64,000 nt of DNA from Mustelus asterias (Eukaryota): contig NC_135807.1 in assembly GCF_964213995.1 (NCBI RefSeq), forward strand, positions 121,830,001 through 121,894,000, read 5' to 3'. The stretch's first letter is position 1, and the number at the start of each line of letters is the position of its first letter. Made by a program: the position numbers and the translations under genes. Under the pieces are notes generated by a model. The model saw only the letters and a program-made list of their open reading frames with translations. It did not search any database and was not told the DNA's origin. Of this stretch, positions 50,581 to 64,000 are shown piece by piece.

Positions 50581-50928
50581 CGTACTAGTTCTTTGTGGGT
50601 GGCTTTCTTTGAGGTCAGTGTTGAGCAACTTCACTTTGCTGCTGACAGTAAAATCCAGGCCATACATTGTGCATAACATTCACGTATTAAATTCAGTTAA
50701 ACACATATGTAAGATAATGGTTTCACAATTTTCTAAAAAGTAGATTAGTTAAGTAAAATGATCTCCACAGGATTTGAAATCTCTTATTGCAATATAATGG
50801 TGTAAACATCTTCAATCTTTAAAAAGTTAAAAGATGGTAACATACTTGTGCTTAGTTCAGATTATCTGTTCAAAAGGCTTCTGTTGATCTTTACACTGTG
50901 CAGTTTCACACAACTTTGGTATATTCCT

Positions 50929-51220
50929 TGGCACAGTGGTTAGCACTGCTGTCTCGCAGTGCCAGGCATCCAGGTTCAATTCCAGCCTTGGGTGACTGTG
51001 CGGAGTTTGCACATTCTCTTCATGTCTGCGTGGGTTTCCTCCGGGTGCTCTAGTTTTTCCCGCACTCCAAAGATGTGTGGGTTAGGTTGACTGGCCATGC
51101 TAAATCACCCCTTAGTTTCAGGTGGATTAGCAGGGGATAGAACCTGGGTGGAATTGTTGTCGGTGCAGGCTCGATGGGCCAAATGGCTTCCTTCTGCACT
51201 GTAGGGATTCCATGATTCTA
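50929..51220 (+). mobile_element. V-SINE with CR1-type tail
   Basis: tRNA head, V-domain, and tail ctgcactgtagggattccatga. Confidence 0.85.
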
Positions 51221-52355
51221 GGAAAATAAGTAAGTTGCCTGTACTAAGTTGAGTTATTCAGCCCACTACTAGACTTTAGAAGATCCACATAATAGTTTTG
51301 TACAGTGATGACCTTTCTTAAGTTGAGGCATTTTCATGATAGTATTTTTGTAGAAGTAGACATGAAATCATTAAATGCACTCGGAATGTTGCACAGAAGG
51401 CAGGGGGTGATTTTTCATTTACTGAGGGACAAGCGCAAGAAGAGGACTTGATCTTCAAAGGTGCCTGATTGCAGACAAGTGGATAATCGACTTCTTACCA
51501 TTAGATTATACAAAACCACTGCACCTCAAATGATTCAACCTTCTTGCCAGTTTCAAACCTATTGTATTGTGTGGGCTTTGGGCTTAATGGCAACAATTCC
51601 TAAATGTCTGCAACCAGATTGTTTTGGAATGCACCTTGCAATTGGGGTTATGGTAAACACTTTGCAAAAGTTCCCACTTGTACCCCCTCATGGAGGGGAA
51701 AGATTTCTTTAGGTTATTCAACTTTGCCTAATGAAGGACATTATTGGAGGCAAAATGGTGAAAGTCAGAAATATAATTTGATCTTATTTTTTAAGTTCTT
51801 CAATTCAGTGTATAATTTTTCCAAGATTCAAGCATAATCATAATCCTTTCATGAAATTATCTTCAAATTTCATGTCCAGTATTCCTGTGGGATGCCTTTC
51901 TAAAAATGCATCTGCAGCTTTCCCTTAATCTGTCCAGTCACTTCTTCAAAATAACTACAAAAATTGTCAAATATAACTTTCCTTATAAAGGCACTGAGAT
52001 TGAAATGGACAAGGGTTAACTTTGTGTGCCGAGTTTCGTTTGTATCTATCACACAAATATGGCAACTTCGCCCCGATTGGTGCATTTCACTGGTGAGCCC
52101 AGCAGCGAGATGCCATTTTCTCAGAGCTAATGGCAGCATTGCACTTGGACAGCAACTTTGGATTTCCACTTATTTCCTGAAGCTGCTGTCGTGTTTGCAT
52201 GCCATTTACTTCACCACTGCTTTGACAAATTAAGGCCCAAGTAATATTTCTGTTGTATTATTCTAAAGTAAAAGAGTACTCTTCTACTTCTAGAAGGTGT
52301 GTACTCATCTGTTACTTTATTTCTTTTTCTTCCTCTGACTCTTCCCTCAACCCAG

Positions 52356-52486
52356 AAGCATATCAGTGATACCAAATGTGACTGCGTTTAACAACAGAGC
52401 ACAAGCAGAAATTAAGCTTCAGAACTGGCAGAAGGCTCTTCATGATGTTGAAAAAGTGTTGGAATTGGATCCTGGCAATTTGAAAG
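52356..52486 (+). CDS. SPAG1: SPAG1 coding exon 7 (TPR2)
   Basis: SISVIPNVTAFNNRAQAEIKLQNWQKALHDVEKVLELDPGNLK. Confidence 0.96.
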
Positions 52487-53349
52487 GTGAGTGGTTATAT
52501 AATGATGTAACACTGATGTACTGACAGTTTTATTCATCCAAAGGTTCAGAGTAATATGGAGTATTTACACTTTACTGGCAGTGATGTGGTTAAGGGTAAT
52601 CTTTATAGTTCTGCTGAGCACCAATGAGTAACCTTTGGCATAGATTTTCATCACTTCCAAAGTTAAAGGATACCCTTATGTGACATTTTGAAACATCAAT
52701 ACTGTAAACTTGTGCTAACCTCTTCAATGGCCTCTTCTAACTTGTACATATTTTTCATTGCTTTTCCATTTTATTCTTGCTTTCCTAGCTTTTTCATTCT
52801 GTCCTCTGCCTTTAGCTTCATTGTAAGGATTTATTAAGAAATTGACTAAAAGCTTGGTATAGGAGGAGAGAGAGATAGTGAAGAGTTGACTTTTATGGGA
52901 GTGTATTGCAGAACGGATAGTCTCAATCTTGGTGAATGCATAGGTGTTGGAGGTGAGGGTGAAGGGAGCAAGGAATAAGGGTCTAAGACACAGGTTATGA
53001 TGATGGAGAAAAGAAGCCAGGGATCATTTTTGCATTCCAATAATTCTGAAATAAAATGTTAGTCTCATTAATAATGATCGTAAAACTAGTAAATTGTCAT
53101 AAACACCCATCTGTTTCACCAATGTCCTTTAGGTGAGTAAATCTGTCCTCCTCACCCAGTGTAGTCTACATGTCACTCTGGACCCAAAGCAATATGGTTT
53201 ACTCTTAACTGGTGTCTGAAATGCCCCGGCACACCACGCAGTTGTATGAAACCATTACAGAAAAGGTTGAATAAGAATAAAACTGAACAGGCCACCCGCA
53301 CCAACCTAGCACCAGAAACAAGAAAGGCAACCCTGCCCATTCGATCCCA

Positions 53350-55520
53350 TAAAGTCCTGCAGAAGCAGCATGTTAAAGATAGAGCTAAGCAAGCCAACAC
53401 CAACAGGCCAGTTAAAGTTCTGCAGTCGTGCCACATCAATTTGTGAATGGTGGTGGATAATTAAAACAACAATCCGGAGGAGGAAGCTCCAAAAAGATTG
53501 TCACCCTCCATGATGGGGAACACCAGTACGTCAGTTCAAAACACAAGGCTGCAACAATCTTCAGCCAGAGACATTGGGTGGATGACCCATCCCAGCCTCT
53601 TTCTAAAGATCCCCACCATCATAAATGCCAGTCTTCAAACAATTCGATTTGCCCTACCTGATATCAATGAACGGCTGAAGATACTGGATACAGCAAAGGC
53701 TATTATAACATGTCGGCGGTGCTATTGAAGACCCTTGCTTCAGCACTAGCATCATACTTAGTCCAGGTTGTTCCGGTACATTTACGATATTGACATCCAC
53801 TCGACATTGTGAAAAATTGCCCAGCTATGTCCAGTCCAACAGGACAAATCCAATCCAACCAACTGCCACCCCATCTGTCTACTCTCAAATATCAGGAAAG
53901 TGATGGAAGGTGTCATTGGTGCTGCTATCAAGTACTCCTTACTTAGCAACAACCTGTTTACTGTTACTCAGAATGGGTTCTGCCAGGGCTACTCAGCTCC
54001 AGACCTCATTACAGTTCTTGATCAAACATGGACAAAATGGCTGAATTGCATAGGTGAGGTGAGAATGATGTCCTTTGACATCAAGGGAGCATTTGAACTG
54101 GGTGTGGCATCAAAGAACCCTTGCAAAACTGGAGTCAATAGGAATCAAAAGCAAAGCTCTCTATTGATTGGAGTTGTACCTAGAACAAAGGAGGATGGTT
54201 ATGGTTGTTGCAGATCAATTATTTCAATCATAGGACATCATTGCAGGTATTCCTCAGGGTAGTATCCTTGGCCCAATTGTTTTCAGCTGCTTTATTAATT
54301 ACCTTCTCCCAATACGAGATCAGAAGTGAGAATGTTTGCTGATGATTGCACAGTGTTTAGTATCATTTGCAGATACTGAAGCAGCCTTCACCCACACTCT
54401 GACCGAGACAACATTCATGCTTGGGTTGATAGCAAGCAACGTTGCCACACAAGTACCAGGCAATGATCATATTCAACAAGATATCTAACCGTCTCTCCTT
54501 GACATTCAGTGATATGAATGCCCCATCATCAACATCCTGGAAGTCACCATTGTCCAGAAACTTACCCAGATCAGCCATATAAATGCTGTGCCTTTAAAGG
54601 CAGCTAAGAAATGGGAATTCTTTGGCAAGTAACTCATCTCTTGACTTGCAATAATCTGTCCAGTATGTACAATTGTCACAATCCCTGTGGAGACCAATAA
54701 ATTTTTAAAAAAGAAATTTGAATTTCCAGTTAAAAGCTGAAAGAATAACAGGACAAGGTTTCACATTTTAAAAAGTTTACTGTAATAAACAGACTAAAAT
54801 CTCTGGCTTAACACTATCCTTGTAGACAATCTATACCACAGAACAGAATTTCCCTTTTTATCTTTAGCACAGCTGAAAAAACAAGATTGACAGGTATACG
54901 TTACACTGTCCTTTAAGTAGACATTCAATTCTCCCCAAATCAGTTCAAATGTTTCTGATCTCTCAAGGACTTGCTTCTGTTCTTTTCCTTTCTTAGCTTG
55001 GTAACTTCTAACCCCAGAACTGTCCCACACCATGAGAGTATTATTAGAGATCCTTTTTCTGGCACAAGCTAGGCGAATCTTCCTGCTCTGCATGAATTTG
55101 GTCTTTTCAATCTGGGCATGAAATTCCACTTGTTTTCTGGCTCAGTAAACCATAGAGATGTGCCACCTCTAGCTGCTCTCTCTCTTTCTCCCGGACCCTA
55201 GGAAATATCACCCTATTTGTGATATTCAGTGATATTTTAGAAATCCTTCTCTTCAGGCAGACTCTTCAGAACAGATGACATGACCACCTTCATTTTACCT
55301 TAAACCGAAGACACAGTTCCAAAACATAACAATCTCATAATTGTAACACAAAGCAGGAGAGTGGATTGTGATGGAATACTCTCCACTTGTCTGGATGAGT
55401 GCTGCTGCAAAAACAATAAAGAAACTCATCGTGCAAGACAAAGCAGTCTGCTTGAATGGTAACCCACCCACCGTCTCAAATATTAATTCTCTTCACTGCT
55501 GGTAAATTGTGGCAGCATAT
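53350..55520 (+). mobile_element. Old CR1/L2-group LINE interrupted by a solo LTR
   Basis: Decayed RT (QNGFCQGYSAPDLIT, FDIKGAF, MFADD); the sequence resumes after 55348. Confidence 0.7.
54674..55348. mobile_element. Probable solo LTR nested in a LINE
   Basis: TGTCACAAT...ATTGTAACA termini; flanks CAAT/CAAA; related to 42479-43270. Confidence 0.6.
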
Positions 55521-58054
55521 TACCTTGAAGAACAAGGGCAGCAGGTGCAAATCTGTGCCTCCGTGTTCTGGATTCTCCAGGCAGGTAAAAAAACCTTTCA
55601 TTGTCTACCTTATCAGACCCTTGCAAAATCTTGTCTGGTTAAATCATCTCAAATCTTCTAGATGCAGAATGTATAGGTACAATTTACTTATCCTTTCATC
55701 ATAGGACAATCCTCTTATCCAGGTAACCAATCTGGTGAACTTCAGCTGGATTGCCTTCAAGGCAAATATATCTTTTCTTTGATATGGAAACTAAAACTGC
55801 ACACAATATTCTAGATGTGGCCTCACCAAGCTCTGCACAATTGGAAAAAGAGTTCCTTGTTCTTGTACTCTCCCCTTACAATAAAGGCTAACATGCAATT
55901 TGCATTTCAAATTACTTACAGTTCCTGAATAATAATAACTTATGTTCCTTATATGAGAATACCCAAGTCCCTGAACATCAAGATTTATCATTTAACATTA
56001 ACAAGGAAACAGTACAAGCACAGTACCTCAAAACCAGCAACCTCAGGACCAAGGCCATGCTGGATTTCAGTTCGGGCAGTTTGGATCAAACTGGGTTGGT
56101 TGGGATCAATGTTCGCTTGGAGCCCGGGAATAGACTGGCACAGCAAGCAGCAAAGCTGATAACTAGTCAAACCCCATGCGCAAATTTATTTCTTTTTCAA
56201 TTAAAATTGATGCACTGCACATTAGAAAAATCTTTGAACAAATTTTTGAACAAATCCAATTTTTTTTACTGCTGGATTTAAAACACTGTAACTGCACCAC
56301 CTGCAAGCTCACCTCCTGGGCACATACTATCATAACTTGAAACTATATAGGCATTCCTTTACTGTCACTGGACCTGAACCATGGCACTTCCTCTCGACTA
56401 GCGCTCTGGATATAACTGCATCACATGGACTGTAGTGGTTCAAGAAGGTGACCTACCACCACGTTTTCATGGCTAATTAAGATGGGCAATAAATGCTCAA
56501 CACCCAAGACCAAAATTTTATTTGAATTCCACAACTTTAAAAAAAACTACTTTTCTATTTTTGCTGCCAAAGTGAATACCTTTTCACATTTCCCCACATT
56601 ATACTTTATTTGCTACCTTATTGCTCATTTTATCTATCTCTCTTTGTGACCTCCTTATGTCCTCCTCAAAATTTACATTCCTGCTTAGCTTTGTAATAAT
56701 GGTAAACATGGATACGTTGACCTTGGTATCTTTGTCTAGATCATTAATATAGATTGGAAGTAGCTGAGGCCCTGGTAGTAATCCTTCCAACGCTCCGTCG
56801 GTTATACCCCACCAACTTAAAAAATGCCTTCTTTATCCCTAGGATATTTATTTTCCAACATTGGTCACCTTGCAAGTATGTCTTGGAAATATTGATTATA
56901 TCAAATCCATTTATCTTTATTCATATAGCTAGTTTGCCCATCTTTTTGCAAGTGCTTCATGAATTCAGATAAAGAATAAAGAACCTTAAATTTTTATTTC
57001 ACCACTGTTTGCATGGACCTTATGTGTTGGTGCACTATTAACTTTCTCATGCTTCCTGTCCCACTCGTTTTTATCCAGACTGCTACATGTTTAAGTATAA
57101 GGCAATAACTGATAAAAAATCTCAAATTTTAGAATATTTGCTTTCAGAATTGCAAGCAATGTGCTGTTTGGATGAACGAGAAGCATTTTTGTAAGTTAAA
57201 TTTGGTATACTTCAGCCTGTCTCTAAAGCACAGATGATGCAAATCAGTAGCAAAACAAGTTAACAGTATTGCCAATTGCCTGTGGAAGAGAGGCATTGGG
57301 TTTGGACAACAGTTGTATCTTTTGGGTTTGTGGATTTAAGAGTGATACTTGGCTAGTATAGGCCTGTGCTGCCCAACATGAAATTTTGTTCTGACCAAAT
57401 GTAGTAAATGAATGCAGTAATGAAAAAACTGCTTGAACTAATCAACAACAGAGAGGCTGGTATCTGATGACACCATCAGGGCTGACTAGTTGCTGAACTT
57501 GGGCATAGCATCTTAACTAGCTGGGGTGACTGAGATGAGGACTTCCTTAAATTCTTAATATGGCTTGCAACCTGCCACACATACCTTGACAAACACCATA
57601 TAGACTTCATGATGCTGAGTGCTCACAGTTAGATCCAAAGGATCAAGTGAACTCTCCACAGCTGGGGTATGGATATCTACAAATATAAGTGCAATTCCTG
57701 TAAGTTGCAAGGTTGAATGTGACAAAAATAATTTGTGGTTGCCTTCTGTGGATACAGAGCATTAATAGGAAAATATCAAGAAAATAAATGTATTTTACTT
57801 AGGGATTGCAGTAATCTTCAATTGTATGAAGAAAATGTCGCTGGTGCTTCACCAGTTCTTTAAAATTAATGTGAAACCTTTATCAAGTAAGTTGTTTTTG
57901 GAAGTTTAGGTAAGTCCTAAATAGCATGCTTAGAGATAATATGAAATAAACATGAATGGTAAGCATGATAAATTAGTCTGAAGGGTTGCACTGTGGCTTT
58001 TTAACAATTTTCTTGATGTTGTGCTGATTGCACTATCTATACATTGTTTTACAG

Positions 58055-58161
58055 CACATTTACGTCGTGCCACTGTTCATAAACATTTAGCTAACTATCA
58101 AGCAGCAACAGATGACTTGAAGAAAGTACTGCAAGCTGAACCAGACAATCCCATAGCAAAG
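58055..58161 (+). CDS. SPAG1: SPAG1 coding exon 8 (TPR3)
   Basis: AHLRRATVHKHLANYQAATDDLKKVLQAEPDNPIAK. Confidence 0.96.
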
Positions 58162-58327
58162 GTAAGAACTTGAGAAAGGCCATAGTGCAAAATGTAAGGA
58201 ATATAACATTACCAGACTTGATAATAAATTTGAGATGTATTACTGGCATACTTGAAGAAGTTGTAAATAATGCAACTGCTAGTGTAGGCATAAATTGGGT
58301 AGGATATAGAGTCAGGGAGGAACATGT

Positions 58328-59438
58328 TAGCCATGGCTCAGTTTGTAGCACACTCAATTCCGAGTTAGATGGTTGTGGCAAGTCTCACTTCAGAATCAGC
58401 AATCTGGGCAGATACTGAAGTGCACTAATGAGGATTTTGATTTGATCTGATTTGATTTATTGTTGTCACATGTATTAGTATACAGTGAAAAGTATTGTTT
58501 CTTGCGCGCTATACAGACAAAGCATACCGTACATAGAGAAGGAAAGGAGAGAGTGCAGAATGTAGTGTTACAGTCATAGCTAGGATGTGGAGGAAGATCA
58601 ACTTAATGTGAGGTAGGTCCATTCAAAAGTCTGATGGCAGCAGGGAAGAAGTTCTTGAGTCAGTTGGTATGTGACCTCAGACTTTTGCATCTTTTTCCCG
58701 ACGGAAAAGGGTGGAAGAGAGAATGTCCGGGGTGCGTGGGGTCCTTAATTATGCTGGCTGCTTTGCCGAGGTAGCGGGAAGTGTAGACAGAATCAGTGGT
58801 TTGCATGATGGATTGGGTTACATTCACGACCTTTTGTAGTTTTGTGCAGTCTTGGACAGAGCAGGACCCATACCAAGCTGTTAAAAAGCCAGAAAAAATG
58901 CTTTCTATGGTGCATCTTTAAAAGTTGGTGAGAGTCGTAGCTGACATGCCAAATTTCCTTAGTCTTCTGAGAAAGTAGAGGCATTGGTGGGCTTTCTTAA
59001 CAATAGTGTCGTCATGGGGGACCAGGACAGGTTGTTGGTGATGTGGACACCTAAAAACTTGAAGCTCTCAACCCTTTCTACACTACACTACACTACATAC
59101 TTAACTACACTATCAGGTGTCTTTTGGATGAAATGTTAAATCGAGACCTCATTTTCCATCTCAGTTGGGGGTAAAAGATCCTACAGCACCTTTTGAAGAA
59201 GACAGGAGTTATTCCTGGTGTCCTGGCCAATGCAATACTTGTATTCAATCTACATTATGAAATCAGATTATCTGGTCATTTTCACATTTCTGTTTGTAGG
59301 GGTTTACTGTGTGCAAATTTGGCTGCTGCATTCTGTACATTACAACAGTTGCTATATTTCAAAAGTATTTAATTGGCTGTGAAGTGCTTTGGGGCATCCG
59401 ATAGTCATGAAGGATGCTATATAAATGCAAGTGTTTCT
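58328..59438 (+). mobile_element. Deu-domain SINE (SacSINE1-like) split by a Rex1 insertion
   Basis: tRNA-like head at 58328-58435; Deu core and L2-like tail gctatataaatgcaagt at 59105-59438. Confidence 0.65.
58436..59080 (-). mobile_element. Rex1/Babar LINE 3' fragment
   Basis: Highly similar to 11886-12550. Confidence 0.88.
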
Positions 59439-59907
59439 TTGTTAGTTTTGCTGATGTAAGTACTTACCTTGGACAGAATTTAATGGTCGCAGCGATGAGC
59501 TTGTCAAGTGACTGGTGACAACCCTGCCACGGTCATTTCCGAGAGCCCAGACAAGATTAAGTGCTAATTAGGCAGCCCTAGCTGCTGTGGGGTTCCTGGC
59601 TCCAACAGGTGAAATTTTCTGCCACATTTTCTGGCGATTACACAGCAACCCCGTAGTGATCAGCTAAATGCAACTCATTATGTTACTGATTTGCAAAACC
59701 TGAATCAACCTTTTTCCTCAAGTCATGGTGATGCATATAAACCATTTGACTTGTGAGCAGTGTAATGATTTTCCTAATTTAAACTTTTAACTAGTTTCAA
59801 TAAAACAAAAAGAATTTGCCGCACTTTTTACCTACCTTTTTTATTGAATAAAATCAAAACATATTGATTCAGTATGATTAACTATTCGACCAAATGTTCA
59901 TTTTCAG

Positions 59908-60049
59908 AAGTTGCTCCAGGAAGTTGAACAGAAGCTGAAAGACTCTCAGCCTCTTGGAAAAATGAAGAATAAAGGGAAAAGGATGCTCATCAAAGAGGTG
60001 GAGGACTCTGATGATGAGAAGGAAGGAAAATTTACAAATGAGAATAAAG
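59908..60049 (+). CDS. SPAG1: SPAG1 coding exon 9 (gene continues beyond the window)
   Basis: KLLQEVEQKLKDSQPLGKMKNKGKRMLIKEVEDSDDE. Donor uncertain: 60049 (G|GTGGGA) or 60072 (|GTAAAG). Confidence 0.88.
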
Positions 60050-61499
60050 GTGGGAATGACCATCAGATTCTTGTAAAGACAAATCTGATTTTTGTTTACC
60101 ATTTTGTTGTCATATTGTACACCAACCAGCAACCAAAAATAGCCTTGTACTTGTCTAATTAGAAAGGCTTAGAAATACTATATTGGATCCAAAATTCCTA
60201 ACATCAGATGTTTTTTATTATTGACTGGAAAGAGAAGCAACTCATCAAGAGTGCTCAACATTTATCACCAAGCAAAAATTTGAACTATTGAAAAATTGAC
60301 CAAATAGTTGGGATGCTCTTCTTGATGCTTCCTTGTATTCACATTCTTCCCTTAGAGAACGGTATGAAGTATTGGAAGATTTTTCAGACTGACTAACCGT
60401 CTGATAGGCCACATTGCAAGCATTCTTTCCATGGCCATAAGCATCATTATACCAGCTTTGCTAATCCTATACAGCTGGAAGATTTTCTGGACTCCCAAAA
60501 CCCATACAACGAGGGGGGGGGGGGTTGTAATTGGAGAGCTACCCATAACCACTAAATGCAAATGATCCCGTGGATCTCAACCCAGAATTCAGAGCTGGAG
60601 CTCTGGGGCTGAATTTTATGCAGAGGTGGTGGCCCCATCCAGAGCCGAAAAGTAGGGTGAGAGACTGCCTGTGCCAGCTCAGGCAGCCATGACTGGGTTT
60701 TACTGTCATCGGGTAGTTAGTTGCCTGAGGTCGTGGTTCCCACTCCCATGTCAGAACACGTCACACTTCAAAGGCCTATCAGAGAGCTGGCAGCGCCAGT
60801 CCCAACAACATCAATAGCAGCAGTGGCCACTGCTGGGAATGCGGGAGGAGCCATGGAGGAAGTCGAACTGGAAAGTAAGTGGGATGGCTTTGCTGGCTGG
60901 GGCCACTGAGGCACGCCCCAATGAGGTTGCTGGGGATGCGATCAGGAGACTCGAGGGGGCTTGTTGTGGGGAAGATTCAAGCAGATCGACTCTTTCCACT
61001 GTGTGGTGCTCTAGGTTGGGCCCTTCTTTGAACCAAGTCTCATTTTTTGCTTTATTATAATCCCGTCTAATGACTTGTGTCAGTAACGTACCAGTCTTAT
61101 TTACCATGCTGCATGGTATTTGCATTCCAAACCTATCTTAGACTTCTTTGCATGTGCCCCTATCTGATCCATCTTATTATTAACTATTCTTTACTCAAGT
61201 GCTACTCCTCTCTCCTAATTCTCTGTTAACTTTGTTTCTCCTCTCCATTCTAGTTTCCACTACCCTGCCAAATTATTTTAAACGCATTCCCATTGGAATA
61301 GTTAATTTCTCAGCAGAACATCAGTTCAAACTCTGTTGTGGTGCAACCATTAATTGACCGTTTAAGGGCCCAAAGGTGGGCGGGCTACCTGACACCTGCT
61401 CTACTGCTGATAAAATGCAAGTGGTGGTGGGTAAGCTGCAAGCAGCACTGTGCCCGCACACCATCCCACTGCATTACAGGAAAGATGTGACCATCTCAG

Positions 61500-63720
61500 C
61501 CATGGTGAAGAGGACATTTATGAGATGTTGCTTGGAATAGAGAATTTTGACAAGGAAAAACTGAATTGGTTGAGATTGTTCCAAAGAAAACAGAGGAGGC
61601 CAAAGGGAGATTTAATTGAGGTGTATAAAATTGAGGGGCCTAGATAGAATGAATAGAAGAAGCCATTTCCTTAGCAGAGAGGCCAATAAACAGGAGGCAT
61701 TGATTTCAAATAATTGGTAGAAAGCAATTGAAAATGTTTTCACCCAGAGGATGGTGGGAACTGGAACTCACTACCTAAAAAGGTGATAGAGGCAGAAGCC
61801 TTATCACATTTTAAAAAAAAACTGGTTATGTACTTGAAGTGTGGTAAACTACAAGGTTACGGACCAAGAGCTGGTAAGTGTGATTGGTCTGAATACCAGG
61901 AGCTCTTTTTTCTTCTGGCACAGACACAACATGCTTATTGTCCTGGGCTATAGATTTTCTGTTTCGGAAGTAATCATTCAACAATGGGATATCTACAAAG
62001 AGGAAATGGTTTGAGTACAGACTATATGCATTCCCATGAGGGAGGAAGGAAGGGCATCCAAGGCTGGATCTCCCTAGATGCTTAAAAATAGGTTAAAATG
62101 AGACAGAAAACAATAATCTTTATGACAAATGCGATACAATAGAGTATCAAGCTGAATATAGAAAGTACTGAGGAGATCTAAAAAAAAGGGAATAAGGGGG
62201 CAAAGAGAGTATGGGGATAGACTGGAAGCTAACAAAAAAGGGAACCCAGAAGTCTTTTATAAATATATAAGGAGTAAAAGGGCCAATCAAGGACCAAAAA
62301 GGACATCATTTTGTGGATACAGAGGATATTGCTGAAATACTAAATGAATCATTTGCATCTGTCTTCTTTAGCGTAGAGGATGTTGTCAATGTAGCAGTAA
62401 ACAAGGAGACAGTAGTGATGTTAGGACAGAGTTGAGGAGGAACTTCTTCTCTCAGAGGGTGGTGAATCTCTGGAATTCTCTGCCCACTGAAGTGGTGGAG
62501 GCTACCTCGTTGAATATGTTTAAATCATGGATAGATGGATTCCTGATCGGTAAGGGAATTAGGGGTTATAGGGATCAGGCGGGTAAGTGGAACTGATCCA
62601 CTTCAGATCAGCCATGATCTTATTGAATGGCGGGGCAGGCTCGAGGGGCTAGGTGGCCTACTCCTGCTCCTATTTCTTATGTTCTTATGTTAGATCAGAT
62701 AAACATAAATAAAGAGAAGGTCAATCCTTAAAAGATTGCCAATCCTCAAAGTAGAAAAGTCACTCCTCCTAATGAGATGCTTCCTGTGCTATTGAGGAAA
62801 CTAATCGTGGAGACGCTTGCCACAAACTTCCAATCCTCTGACATGGGGTGGTACCAGAAAACTGAAGAATTGCCAATGTTACACCTCTGTTTAGTAAAGG
62901 GAAGAGGAATAAACCTGGCAGTTACTCCAGCATCAGTGGTGGGAAAACTTTCAGGGACAATATTCCAGGACAAAAATTATTTGGGAAAGTATGCAAGCCA
63001 GCACAGGTTTGTTAATGTCAAGGTATGTTGACGAATTTGATTAAACGTGTTGATGCACTAAAGGAGAGGGTAGATGAGAGTGTTGCATTTAAAGTTGTGT
63101 ATCTGGAATTTCAAAAGTAATTTGGTCGATATCAGTGCAATCCCATTTACCAGTTCTTGTAGCCCTGTAGTTTATCACACTTCAAGTGCATTACCAAGTT
63201 TTGTTTTTAAAGGTGATGAGAATTTCTGTCTCTAGACTTGTTAGCAAAATTAAAACCCTTGGAGTTAAAGGAAAACTAGCAACATTGGCACAGAATTAGC
63301 TAAGGTTCACAGACATAGAATAGTTGTGAATGGTTGTTTTTCAGACTGGAGAAAAGTATGCAGTAGTGTTCCCCAGTTCTTTTTGCTCTTTTGATGTACA
63401 TTAATGACAGATTTAGCTATATAAACAGAGTTTCAAAATTTGAAGGTAAAACAACTTGGACGTAGAGTAAACAATAATTAATATGAGGACATAGGCTGTG
63501 AAATATGCAGACATAGCAGATGAAATTTAATTCAGTAAAGTGTGAAGTGACGCATTTTGGAAGAGGAATAAGGAGAGGCAAAATGATACTTTTAGAGAAG
63601 GTGCAGGAACAGAGGGATCTGGAGGTGTATGTACACAAACTGATGAAGGTAGCAGGCCAAACTAAGAACACAGTGAAGAAAGCATATGGGATCCTTATTG
63701 TTATTAACAAAGGCTCAAAA
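61500..63720 (+). mobile_element. Cluster of degenerate CR1 fragments with a younger CR1 3' end nested at about 62431-62690
   Basis: CR1 motifs (GDLIEVYKI, MKFNSVKCEVTHFGR); the nested copy ends in (TTCTTATG)n. Confidence 0.75.
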
Positions 63721-63857
63721 GGCAAGATGGAAATGGTATTCTCTGATTTGCCATATTCTGCATTATGAGGGAGGAATTTCGATATATAATATGATTGTCT
63801 TTATATCACATCAATTCATTGAAATCAATGAATTATGCAGAATCAGCTGCAATTTAC

Positions 63858-63956
63858 AGCAGAAACAAAATGCTGGAAAATCTCAGCAGGTCTGATAGCA
63901 TCTGTGGGGAGAGAATAGAGCCAACGTTTCGAGTCTAGATGACCCTTCATCAGAGA
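63858..63956 (-). mobile_element. Penelope pLTR end with hammerhead core
   Basis: CUGAUGA-A-GGGUC AUCUA GACUC-GAAA-CG-UU on the minus strand; same family as 14920-15186. Confidence 0.75.
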
Positions 63957-64000
63957 ATCCGCAGAGATTTATACTATGAAGGTGGCGGGGGGGGGGGGGG

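Overview
Vertebrate genomic DNA, most likely a shark or other elasmobranch (inferred from HE1/V-SINE and Deu-SINE types and CR1, Rex1 and Penelope families). It carries a complete POLR2K gene (+ strand, 58 aa, last intron U12-type) and the 5' part of SPAG1 (+ strand, nine coding exons through the first TPR block). By synteny the 5' end of FBXO43 probably lies on the minus strand at the left edge. The rest is dense in transposons. The most striking non-gene signal is three Penelope-derived fold-back (palindromic) insertions from two families. Each has a target-site duplication, one tailed and one tail-less arm, and a hammerhead ribozyme motif on both strands. Other points of interest: an uninterrupted CR1 ORF2 fused to a host-derived ATG, an antisense coding-like repeat exon inside SPAG1, V-SINEs with two alternative LINE tails, and X-box and CDE/CHR promoter motifs. 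All calls were made by eye, and repeat boundaries are approximate unless a TSD is given.
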